64,000 nucleotides of DNA from Eubacteriales bacterium (GTDB lineage Bacteria; Bacillota; Clostridia; Oscillospirales; CAG-272): contig JAZRDN010000043.1 in NCBI GenBank assembly GCA_045660295.1, positions 378 to 64,377 of the forward strand, given 5' to 3'. The position numbers and the translations under genes were made by a program. Position 1 is the first letter of the stretch. Each line of letters begins with the position of its first letter. The notes below the pieces were generated by a model. It saw only the letters and a list, made by a program, of their open reading frames with translations, ran no database searches and had not been told where the DNA came from. Below, in pieces: positions 47,749 to 56,681 of this stretch.

Positions 47749-48144
47749 ATGAGTGTGAAACGAGGAGATATCTATTATGCGGACTTAAGTCCCGTAATCG
47801 GCTCGGAGCAGGGCGGTCTGCGCCCCGTGCTTATAATTCAAAACGACATAGGAAACAGATACAGCCCGACGGTGATAGCGGCGGCGATTACATCAAGAAT
47901 GAGCAAGACTCATTTGCCTACTCATATAGATATATTCGCCGACAAAGCAGGACTCTCAAAGGACTCGGTGGTGCTTCTTGAACAGATACGCACGCTTGAC
48001 AAAAAGCGCCTTAAGGAGAAGATGGGACACCTTGACGACGACATGATGAGTGTTGTCAATTCGGCAATTGCCGTCAGTTTCGGTCTTGACGCGGGAGCGC
48101 CTGCGGCAACAGGCGGCGCGGAGGGAACTGTGACGGTCGGGTAA
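47749..48144 (+). CDS. mazF: PemK/MazF-family endoribonuclease (no adjacent antitoxin)
   Basis: [30 protein letters not shown]...[10 protein letters not shown]. Confidence 0.93.
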   Translation: MSVKRGDIYYADLSPVIGSEQGGLRPVLIIQNDIGNRYSPTVIAAAITSRMSKTHLPTHIDIFADKAGLSKDSVVLLEQIRTLDKKRLKEKMGHLDDDMMSVVNSAIAVSFGLDAGAPAATGGAEGTVTVG

Positions 48145-48243
48145 ATGTAAACTTTTATCTCGTTTTGTAAATGCTATTGACTTTTGAGTCGAATTTTTAT
48201 AAAATAGGAGTTGGTAAAACAACTCCTATTTTTTGAGGTAAAA

Positions 48244-48969
48244 ATGATACATAGCGAAAATTACAGAACCACCTGGCACGATACCGACTGCAACCGCAAC
48301 GTGCGCCCCACACCCATTTTAACCTATTTTGAGGAGACCTCGAATCTCCATATGATAGCCGTAGGTCAGCCGCTTGATAAAATAAGAGACGAGGCGGGGC
48401 TTGGCTTTATCCTCTCCAGACTCACAATGCGCTTTTATAAGCCGCTTTCGGGCTATAGAGATGTTAAGGTTGAGACTTGGACAAGCGAGGGACGCGCCTT
48501 TAGCACGCTCCGTAGCTTCCGCCTTCTTGACGGCAAGGACATTGTTGCCGAGGCACTGACTCTGTGGGCGCTGGTTGATATCAACGAGCATAAGCCCGTC
48601 AAAATATCAAGCTACGATTTCGGCTTTGAGCATGAAGCCCCCATCGCGATTGACGCCCCCGCGCGCGTGGCATTTCCCAAAGACCTCGAGCTTGAAAAGG
48701 TGGGCGAGCGTAGGATATTCTTCAGCGATTGCGATTATAATATGCACATGAATAATACACGCTATCCCGATATGATATGCGACTTTCTGCCCGACATGAA
48801 GGAAAAGCGCCTGTCGGCGCTTACCCTGTCCTTCGTTCACGAGGCGGCAATGGGGCATACCATCACAGTTTACCGCGCTAAGAAGGACGAAAATACCTAC
48901 CTTTTCCGCACCGTAGACATGGACGGCACCACTTGCCTCGAAGCCGAGGCAACGGTCACAGATATATAA
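48244..48969 (+). CDS. Acyl-ACP thioesterase
   Basis: Double hotdog fold; DCDYNMHMNNTRY. Confidence 0.88.
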   Translation: MIHSENYRTTWHDTDCNRNVRPTPILTYFEETSNLHMIAVGQPLDKIRDEAGLGFILSRLTMRFYKPLSGYRDVKVETWTSEGRAFSTLRSFRLLDGKDIVAEALTLWALVDINEHKPVKISSYDFGFEHEAPIAIDAPARVAFPKDLELEKVGERRIFFSDCDYNMHMNNTRYPDMICDFLPDMKEKRLSALTLSFVHEAAMGHTITVYRAKKDENTYLFRTVDMDGTTCLEAEATVTDI

Positions 48970-49039
48970 GGTAACAGTAAAAAACAAAAAACGGATACTC
49001 TGTTAATGGGTGTCCGTTTTTAGCTGTATGGTAAAAATC

Positions 49040-49252
49040 TTATTTTTTGCCATATGGCTTTTTTTCATCGGTCAAGCCCAGAAGGTAGTCCGTTGACGTG
49101 TTGTAAAATTTAGCTAAATCAATCAAAATTTCAATAGGTAACTGCCGTTGTCCGTTTTCGTATTGTGAGTACGTGTTTTGCCTGATGTGCAAATATTCGG
49201 CAAGCTCGCGTTGCGTAATATCCGAATCCTCTCTGATATCCTTAAGTCTCAT
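49040..49252 (-). CDS. Small XRE-family HTH regulator
   Basis: RLKDIREDSDITQRELAEYL...YSQYENGQR...STDYLLGLTD. Confidence 0.9.
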   Translation of the reverse strand: MRLKDIREDSDITQRELAEYLHIRQNTYSQYENGQRQLPIEILIDLAKFYNTSTDYLLGLTDEKKPYGKK

Positions 49253-49305
49253 ATTAATCTCCTTTTGTGTGATATGTATAAAACTCTACAAAATTTATTA
49301 TATAT

Positions 49306-49381
49306 TATCTCGATATGAGATATTGACATTTATCTCAAATTGTGATAAAATTAGACTAAGTAAATATCTCAAATTGAGATT
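49306..49381. promoter_or_regulatory. Three palindromic operators overlapping the promoter of the LRR gene
   Basis: TATCTCGATATGAGATA, TATCTCAAATTGTGATA and TATCTCAAATTGAGATT around TTGACA(49323)-17-TAAAAT(49346). Confidence 0.75.
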
Positions 49382-49413
49382 GCAACTAATTTATCTATCG
49401 AAAGGAAAGAAAA

Positions 49414-52400
49414 ATGAGGAGCTTTAATATTATAACAAGGATTTTTGTTGTTGCTTGCCTGTTAGCCCTTATAACGGTGTTGGGCGTTGTTGGCATATCC
49501 GCCGAAAGCTATAGCGGCACATGCGGAGCAGATGGCGACGGCAGTAACCTGACTTGGACACTCGATACCGAAACAGGAGTGTTGAGTATAGAGGGAACAG
49601 GTGCTATGGCGGTCTGGGAGAGTTCGCGTAATGTCCCATGGTACGCTAACCGTAGTAATATAAAAAGTGTTGTTATTGGTAACAGTGTGACGAGTATAGG
49701 CGATCGGGCGTTCTATTCTTGCGAGAACTTGACAAGTGTTACTATCGGTAACAGTGTTACGAGTATTGGTGACCTTGCATTTTCTGAGTGCATTAACTTG
49801 ACAAGCGTAGAAATCCCCGACGGTGTTACAACTATAGGAGAAAGTGCATTCTCTTTTTGCATTAGTTTGATAAGTATAGAAATCCCCGACAGCGTTACTG
49901 CTATAGGAGAAGGTGCGTTCTCTTGGTGCGATAGCTTGATAAGCATTAATATCGGCAACGGTGTCACAAGCATTGGTGACTATGCATTTTCTGATTGCAG
50001 TAACTTGACAAGCATAGAAATTCCCGAAAGTGTGATAAGTATTGGCGACAAGGCGTTCTCTTTTTGCATTAGTTTGACAAGTATAGATATCCCCGACAGT
50101 GTAACGAGTATAGGAGATGGGGTGTTTTCTAATTGCAGTAGCTTGACAAGCATAGAAATCCCCGACAGCGTTACAAGTATTGGTGAACGTGCGTTCTCTA
50201 GCTGCACAGGTTTGACAAGCATAGAAATCCCAAACAGCGTTACAAGTATAGGTAACTCTGCGTTCTCTGACTGCACAGGCTTGACAAGCGTTAATATCGG
50301 CAACGGTGTCACAAGCATTGGTGACTATGCATTTTCTGATTGCAGTAACTTGACAAGCATAGAAATCCTCAACAGCGTAACGAGTATAGGAGATTGTGCG
50401 TTCTATGGTTGCGAGAACTTGACAAGTATAACTATCGCTAGCGATGTTACGAGTATTGGTGACTATGCATTTTCCAGGTGCATTAACTTGACAAGTATAG
50501 AAATTCGTGACAGCGTTACTGCTATAGGAGAAGGTGCGTTCGCTTATTGCGACAGCTTAACAGATATTATTATCTATTCTAAAAATGCAGATATATACGA
50601 TAACAAGAATACCATATCCGACACAGCAATAATACACGGCTATGCAGGCTCAACAGCACAGGCGTACGCCAGGAAACACGGCAGAATATTTGTGGATATT
50701 ATTAGTGGCACCATTAGTGACGATATTGGTGGCACTTGCGGAGCAGAGGGCGACGGGAGCAATCTGACTTGGACTCTCGATACCGAAACAGGCGTGTTGA
50801 GTATAGAGGGAACAGGCACTATGGCGGATTGGGAAGGTAGAGATCGCCCTCCTTCTTGGAATGATTATAAAAGCAATATAAAAAACATTATTATTACTGA
50901 TGGTGTAACAAGTATTGGTGATTATGCGTTCTCTAGTTGCACAGGCTTGACAAGCGTTAATATCGGCAACGGTGTCACAAGTATTGGTGAACGTGCGTTC
51001 TCTTACTGCACAGGATTGACAAGCATAGAAATCCCCGACAGCGTAACAAGTATTGGTGAAGATGCGTTCTTTAGTTGCTCAAGCTTGGAAAATATAGTTG
51101 TTGGCGAGGCAAACACAAGATACCATAGTAATGGCAATTGTTTGATTGAAACCAAAAGCAAGACCTTGATATTTGGTTGCAAAAACAGTATAATTTCCGA
51201 TGACGGAAGTGTCACAAGTATTGGTGAATATGCGTTCTATTACTGCACAGGCTTGACAAGCATAGAAATCCCCAACAGCGTAACAAGTATTGGTGAAGGT
51301 GCGTTCTCTGACTGCACAGGCTTGATAAGCGTTACTATCGGCAACGGTCTTACAAGTATTGGTGAAGATGCGTTCAATTATTGCTCAAGCTTGGAAATTA
51401 TAGTTGTTGGCGAGGCAAACACAAGATACCATAGTAAGGGTAATTGTTTGATTGAAACTGCCAACAATACCTTAATATTAGGTTGCAAAAAAAGTGTAAT
51501 TCCAAATGACGGAAGCGTAACAAGTATTGGTAGTTCTGCATTTGCTCATTGTACAGGCTTAACTAGCATTACTATTCCCTATGGTATCACAAGTATTGGT
51601 GAATATGCGTTCTATTACTGCACAGGCTTGACAAGTATAGAAATCCCCAACGGTGTCACAAGTATTGGTGAATTTGCGTTTAATTCTTGCAGGGGGTTGA
51701 CAAACATTAGTATTCCTAATAGTATCACAAATATAGGTTTGTGTGCGTTCCATGATTGTAGCGGATTAACGTACAATGAAAAAGACAGCGTAAAATACCT
51801 TGGAAACCCAAACACTCCGTATATTGTAGCAGTAGAAGCTGATAAAAGCATTACTAATATTGTTTTACCTGAAACTATAAAAGTTATATATTATGATGCT
51901 TTCTATTGGTGCGAAGGTTTGACAAACATTATCATCCCCAACAGCGTCACAAGTATTGGTGAAGATGCGTTCAGAAACTGCACGGGTCTGACGAATATAA
52001 CTATCGGAAACGGTGTCACAAGTATTGGTGACCATGCGTTCGAATATTGCAAAGGTTTGACAAACATTACCATTCCCGACAGCGTAACAAATATTGGCGA
52101 CTATGCGTTCTCTTACTGTACAGGATTAACAAACATTAGTATTCCTAACAGTATCACAAATATCGGTTTTGGTGCGTTCAATTATTGTAGCGGATTAACG
52201 TACAATGAAAAAGACAGCGTAAAATACCTTGGAAACCCCAACACTCCGTATATTGTAGCGATAGAAGCTGATAAAAGCATTACTAATATTGTTTTACCTG
52301 AAACTGTAAAAATTATAGACACTTATGCGTTCTCTAGTTGTACAGGCTTGATAAATGTCACTATTGGCAATAGTGTCACAAGTATTGCCGGAAGCGCATT

Positions 52401-53679
52401 CTCGGAGTGCTACATCTTGAAAAGCATAGTTGTTGATGAAGCAAATACAGTATACCATAGTAATAATAATTGTTTAATTGAAACAGCAAGCAAAACTTTG
52501 ATATTGGGCTGTCAAAATAGTATAATTCCCGAAGACGGAAGTGTCACAAGTATTGGTGAATTTGCGTTTTCTTGTCGTTTTGGCTTGACGGATATTGACA
52601 TACCTGACAAGGTCACAATTATTGGTAACTATGCATTCTATGCTGCAGGCTTGACAAGCATTACTATACCCGATAGCATCACAGGTATTGGCAACCTTGC
52701 GTTCTATAATTGCAATAACTTGGAAGATATTTATATCTACCCTAAAGATATTAATGTTCCTAATTTCTCAAGTTACTCTGCAACCATACACGGTTACGCT
52801 GATTCCACAGCACAGGCGTATGCCGAAAAGTACGGTAGAACCTTTGTTATTATCCCCGAAATTCTGGACAACATAACCGTTCTTGAAGCCAAGGCTGTAT
52901 ATTCGGCAGACACGGCGGGAGCGGGCGTTGAGTCTCTTATCAGCTATACAAAGGGCGATGTTGTATTTGCCCTTCTCTATGCCGACAAGGCGACGGGCGC
53001 GCTTAAATTCAAAAACGCGTCGGGCGAGTATGAAGCGCTTTACTCAAAAGACGGAACGGCAATAATGCTTAATGCTGATACCGCCACACAAATCGCGGTG
53101 ATATATGACGACATAAGGGGCACGGTAAGGTATTACGTAGGCGAACAAGTTCCTTATTACGGCGCGGAGGAAAGCCGAACGCTTGCCAATGACATTGCGG
53201 TCAATGCCGACTTTGTAAACGCCGAGGGAAGTGAAAAAATCGGCGTTCTTGACGGCTCCTTAAGTAATGTTAAAGTATACAATATTCACGATTCGGGCAC
53301 TGCCGAGATATTGGCGTTCCAAGACCATACCGAACAATCACATATCCGCATTCTTTCGGGTGTTGATATGCCGTGGTATATGTCTATCGGCTACGAGCTT
53401 GAGGTATATGTCGACGGTATAGGGCAGGGAAAAAATACTATAGAGACAGACGTAATTTTCTCAAGTGTTGTAGCAAACGGAGTTGATGTGTATGCTTCCC
53501 AATACGGTTACAACTATTTCTCGGTGTTTGAGATAGATTACGTCGATGTTTCCGACAACAGAGAATACTATATTATTATAAATCCTTTTACCCGAGTAGG
53601 GGCTGCAAAGTATGACGGCACACCTGCAAAGATAGATATTGATGTAAACGGAACATATTCATTTGACGAGAATTATTAA
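49414..53679 (+). CDS. BspA-type leucine-rich-repeat (LRR_5) secreted/surface protein
   Basis: Signal peptide; dozens of 23-aa LTSIEIPDSVTSIGxxAFxxC repeats; non-LRR C-terminal region. Confidence 0.92.
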   Translation: MRSFNIITRIFVVACLLALITVLGVVGISAESYSGTCGADGDGSNLTWTLDTETGVLSIEGTGAMAVWESSRNVPWYANRSNIKSVVIGNSVTSIGDRAFYSCENLTSVTIGNSVTSIGDLAFSECINLTSVEIPDGVTTIGESAFSFCISLISIEIPDSVTAIGEGAFSWCDSLISINIGNGVTSIGDYAFSDCSNLTSIEIPESVISIGDKAFSFCISLTSIDIPDSVTSIGDGVFSNCSSLTSIEIPDSVTSIGERAFSSCTGLTSIEIPNSVTSIGNSAFSDCTGLTSVNIGNGVTSIGDYAFSDCSNLTSIEILNSVTSIGDCAFYGCENLTSITIASDVTSIGDYAFSRCINLTSIEIRDSVTAIGEGAFAYCDSLTDIIIYSKNADIYDNKNTISDTAIIHGYAGSTAQAYARKHGRIFVDIISGTISDDIGGTCGAEGDGSNLTWTLDTETGVLSIEGTGTMADWEGRDRPPSWNDYKSNIKNIIITDGVTSIGDYAFSSCTGLTSVNIGNGVTSIGERAFSYCTGLTSIEIPDSVTSIGEDAFFSCSSLENIVVGEANTRYHSNGNCLIETKSKTLIFGCKNSIISDDGSVTSIGEYAFYYCTGLTSIEIPNSVTSIGEGAFSDCTGLISVTIGNGLTSIGEDAFNYCSSLEIIVVGEANTRYHSKGNCLIETANNTLILGCKKSVIPNDGSVTSIGSSAFAHCTGLTSITIPYGITSIGEYAFYYCTGLTSIEIPNGVTSIGEFAFNSCRGLTNISIPNSITNIGLCAFHDCSGLTYNEKDSVKYLGNPNTPYIVAVEADKSITNIVLPETIKVIYYDAFYWCEGLTNIIIPNSVTSIGEDAFRNCTGLTNITIGNGVTSIGDHAFEYCKGLTNITIPDSVTNIGDYAFSYCTGLTNISIPNSITNIGFGAFNYCSGLTYNEKDSVKYLGNPNTPYIVAIEADKSITNIVLPETVKIIDTYAFSSCTGLINVTIGNSVTSIAGSAFSECYILKSIVVDEANTVYHSNNNCLIETASKTLILGCQNSIIPEDGSVTSIGEFAFSCRFGLTDIDIPDKVTIIGNYAFYAAGLTSITIPDSITGIGNLAFYNCNNLEDIYIYPKDINVPNFSSYSATIHGYADSTAQAYAEKYGRTFVIIPEILDNITVLEAKAVYSADTAGAGVESLISYTKGDVVFALLYADKATGALKFKNASGEYEALYSKDGTAIMLNADTATQIAVIYDDIRGTVRYYVGEQVPYYGAEESRTLANDIAVNADFVNAEGSEKIGVLDGSLSNVKVYNIHDSGTAEILAFQDHTEQSHIRILSGVDMPWYMSIGYELEVYVDGIGQGKNTIETDVIFSSVVANGVDVYASQYGYNYFSVFEIDYVDVSDNREYYIIINPFTRVGAAKYDGTPAKIDIDVNGTYSFDENY

Positions 53680-53683
53680 ATAC

Positions 53684-53714
53684 AAAAAGCCACCGCAATT
53701 TGCGGTGGCTTTTT
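53684..53714. terminator. Bidirectional terminator (probably the original tyrS terminator)
   Basis: AAAAAGCCACCGCA-ATT-TGCGGTGGCTTTTT. Confidence 0.8.
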
Positions 53715-53735
53715 AACTTAATATTTAATTGAACC

Positions 53736-53811
53736 TTAACCAATAACGACTTTCATAAAGTTCTTTTTACCTCTCTTAACGACTGCGCCGTCAGCGAATG
53801 CTTCGGGAGCG
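53736..53811 (-). repeat. Duplicated 3' end of tyrS
   Basis: 53752-53811 is identical to 55385-55444 (60 bp); encodes [24 protein letters not shown]. Confidence 0.92.
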
Positions 53812-53813
53812 GT

Positions 53814-55151
53814 TCAGGAATTAGCCTTAACCTTCTTAATGAAATCGCGGTAGAAATAAGCAGATTCCTTCCACTTGGTTTCGCCTGTTTCGAAATCGGT
53901 AGTTGCGATACCAAATTTGAAATTGGAGGCAGCCGTCCATTCAAAGTTATCCATAAGACTCCAAAGGTAGTATCCGCGGACATCGAAGCCCTCGTCGATT
54001 GCCTTTTCAAGCCACTCAAGGAAGCCTGCAATGTATTTAATGCGGTTATCGTCGTGTACTATTCCGTCCTCACCCACGGGCTCTGTTCCCTTAAAATATG
54101 TGCCGTTTTCGGTGATGTAGATCGGGATCTTGATATCGTAAAGGTCGTGAAGCAGGTGGATCGCATCGTAAACCGCCTTGGGATAATACTCGGTGCCGTT
54201 ATTGAGGAAATTCCCGCCCTGTGAGAAATCGAGCTTTGCCGGCTTATTTACGGTAACGGGTACGCGGTTATAAATATTGAGCCCGAAATAGTCAAGAGGC
54301 TGACTTGTCAGTTCGAAGTCGTGAGGGTGCATTTCCATAAGAGTACCCTCTTTTTCAAGATGCTCAAGAATGTAGTCGCTATACCTTCCCGCAAGGATGG
54401 GATCGCAGTAGAATTTCCAGTTGCGCTCGTCCTGATCGATCATCAAAGCGATATCCTCAGGAGAATCGGTGAGTGCGTGGCGTTTCCAAATATCAATGAC
54501 AACACCAATCTTGGAATCCTTCAAATTGTGCGCGCGGAACGCCTCGACGGCTTTGCCGTGGGCGACGAGAATGTCATGTCTTGCCTGATTTCCCCACGCT
54601 TCGTTAGTATGACCCGGAGCAAAGCGGCCGAGGGCATAGCCGACGTAGGTGGCGATAGGCTCATTGATTGTGGACCACAGCGGAACAATATCACCGTAAG
54701 CGCCGAACATCTTATCGGCATACTCTCCAAACCACTCGATGGAGTCACGGTTGCGCCAACCGCCCTTATCCTCAAGCACCTGGGGAAGATCCCAATGGTA
54801 GAGGGTGACGTTGGGGATGATATTATTCTCAAGCAGAGCTTCAAAAACGCGGCGATAGTAATCCACACCTTTCTGGTTGAGAGGACCTATGCCCTCCGGG
54901 AGAACACGGGACCAGGAAATGGACATACGGTAGGAGTCCACGCCCAGCTTTTTGAGGCTTTCAAGGTCGCGGTCAAAAAATCTGTGGTAGCTGTCGCAAG
55001 CGACTGCGGGAGTTTCGCCGTTGAAGGTCTTTCCGGGGAGCTTTGCGAAGGTGTCCCATATAGATGCGGTGCGTCCGTCCTCAAGTGCGGCGCCTTCGAT
55101 CTGTCCGGCGCTGGTTGAAGTACCGAAAATAAAATTCTTAGGAAATGGCAT
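53814..55151 (-). CDS. GH1 beta-glucosidase
   Basis: FGTSTSAGQIEG, YRMSISWSR, TLYHWDLP, TINEP, YITENG and SLMDNFEW. Confidence 0.93.
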   Translation of the reverse strand: MPFPKNFIFGTSTSAGQIEGAALEDGRTASIWDTFAKLPGKTFNGETPAVACDSYHRFFDRDLESLKKLGVDSYRMSISWSRVLPEGIGPLNQKGVDYYRRVFEALLENNIIPNVTLYHWDLPQVLEDKGGWRNRDSIEWFGEYADKMFGAYGDIVPLWSTINEPIATYVGYALGRFAPGHTNEAWGNQARHDILVAHGKAVEAFRAHNLKDSKIGVVIDIWKRHALTDSPEDIALMIDQDERNWKFYCDPILAGRYSDYILEHLEKEGTLMEMHPHDFELTSQPLDYFGLNIYNRVPVTVNKPAKLDFSQGGNFLNNGTEYYPKAVYDAIHLLHDLYDIKIPIYITENGTYFKGTEPVGEDGIVHDDNRIKYIAGFLEWLEKAIDEGFDVRGYYLWSLMDNFEWTAASNFKFGIATTDFETGETKWKESAYFYRDFIKKVKANS

Positions 55152-55290
55152 GATCAGGTTCCTTTCTGCGCTATATATTAACCATAGATTTATTATATCG
55201 TGGATAAAACAAAAAAACAATAGCTTATTTTAAGAACTTTATAACTTTTTTTAAGATTTTTGCACCTTGAAAAATGATTAAGCTCAGATT

Positions 55291-55324
55291 AAAAAAGGTA
55301 GGGGCGACGTTTCCGTCGCCCCTT
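55291..55324 (-). terminator. Current tyrS terminator
   Basis: AGGGGCGACG-GAAA-CGTCGCCCCT-ACCTTTTTT on the minus strand. Confidence 0.75.
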
Positions 55325-55368
55325 AAAGATGTGCGATTTTTGCCGTTTTGTTAAGCATTTACTGCCTT

Positions 55369-56589
55369 TTATTCAACAACGACCTTCATAAAGTTCTTTT
55401 TACCTCTCTTAACGACTGCGCCGTCAGCGAATGCTTCGGGAGCGTAGAGAGTCTTGATATCGGTGACCTTTTCGCCGTCAACCGACACGCCGCCCTGCTC
55501 GACAGCGCGTCTTGCCTCGGACTTCGAGGGAACAAGACCTGTCTTTACAAGGAGAGTAAGGATATCTATATTGCCGTCTGTGAAATCGTCGGCGGTAATT
55601 GTAGCGGTGGGCATGTTAGCCGAGTTACCCGCGCTGAAGAGCGCGCGAGCGGCATCCTGTGCCTTTGCGGCTTCTTCCTCGCCGTGAACGAGCTTTGTAA
55701 GCTCGTAAGCAAGAATTTCCTTAGCCTTATTGAGCTGAGCGCCTTCCCACTTATCCATCTCGTCAATTTCCTCAAGGGGAAGGAATGTGAGCATACGGAT
55801 GCACTTGAGCACGTCCGCGTCGCCAACGTTTCTCCAATACTGATAGAAATCAAAGGGCGTAGTCTTGTTGGGGTCAAGCCAAACCGCGCCGCTGGCTGTT
55901 TTACCCATCTTCTTGCCCTCAGAGTTGAGGAGAAGGGTAATAGTCATAGCGTGCGCATCCTTACCAAGCTTGCGGCGGATAAGCTCTGTGCCGCCAAGCA
56001 TATTAGACCACTGGTCGTTTCCGCCAAACTGAAGGTTACAGCCGTGTGTCTGGAACAGACGGTAGAAGTCGTAGGACTGCATGATCATATAGTTGAACTC
56101 AAGGAAAGAAAGACCCTTTTCCATTCTTTGCTTGTAGCACTCGGCTCTGAGCATGTTGTTGACCGAGAAGCAAGCGCCAACCTCGCGAAGGACCTCTACG
56201 TAGTTAAGGTCGAGAAGCCAATCGGCGTTGTTTACCATTTCGGCTTTGCCTTCACCAAACTCAATGAAACGTTCCATCTGCTTTTTGAAGCACTCACAGT
56301 TATGTGCAATTGTTTCCTTGGTCATCATCGAACGCATATCGGTGCGCCCCGAGGGGTCTCCGATCATTGCCGTTCCGCCGCCGATAAGTGCAATGGGCTT
56401 GTTGCCCGCCATCTGAAGTCTCTTCATAAGGCAGAGCGCCATGAAGTGACCTACGTGAAGGCTGTCCGCTGTGGGGTCAAAGCCGATGTAGAAGGTAGCC
56501 TTGCCGTTATTTATAAGCTCCTTTATTTCATTTTCATCAGTTACCTGAGCGATAAGACCTCTGGCAACCAACTCGTCGTAAATAGTCAT
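55369..56589 (-). CDS. tyrS: Tyrosine--tRNA ligase
   Basis: [28 protein letters not shown] and C-terminal S4 domain. Confidence 0.96.
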   Translation of the reverse strand: MTIYDELVARGLIAQVTDENEIKELINNGKATFYIGFDPTADSLHVGHFMALCLMKRLQMAGNKPIALIGGGTAMIGDPSGRTDMRSMMTKETIAHNCECFKKQMERFIEFGEGKAEMVNNADWLLDLNYVEVLREVGACFSVNNMLRAECYKQRMEKGLSFLEFNYMIMQSYDFYRLFQTHGCNLQFGGNDQWSNMLGGTELIRRKLGKDAHAMTITLLLNSEGKKMGKTASGAVWLDPNKTTPFDFYQYWRNVGDADVLKCIRMLTFLPLEEIDEMDKWEGAQLNKAKEILAYELTKLVHGEEEAAKAQDAARALFSAGNSANMPTATITADDFTDGNIDILTLLVKTGLVPSKSEARRAVEQGGVSVDGEKVTDIKTLYAPEAFADGAVVKRGKKNFMKVVVE

Positions 56590-56681
56590 TTTTTTATTTT
56601 CCTTTCAAAGAAATATATACATTCAAATTATTATATCTCAAATATCCGAAATTGTCAAGTGCAAAGACGAATTTGTTGCCG

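Noticed and set aside
49660-52730. Regular ~69-bp repeats as a CRISPR array or DGR target
   Set aside because: They are in-frame LRR codons without unique spacers; no cas or reverse transcriptase gene, and no adenine-specific TR/VR pair seen
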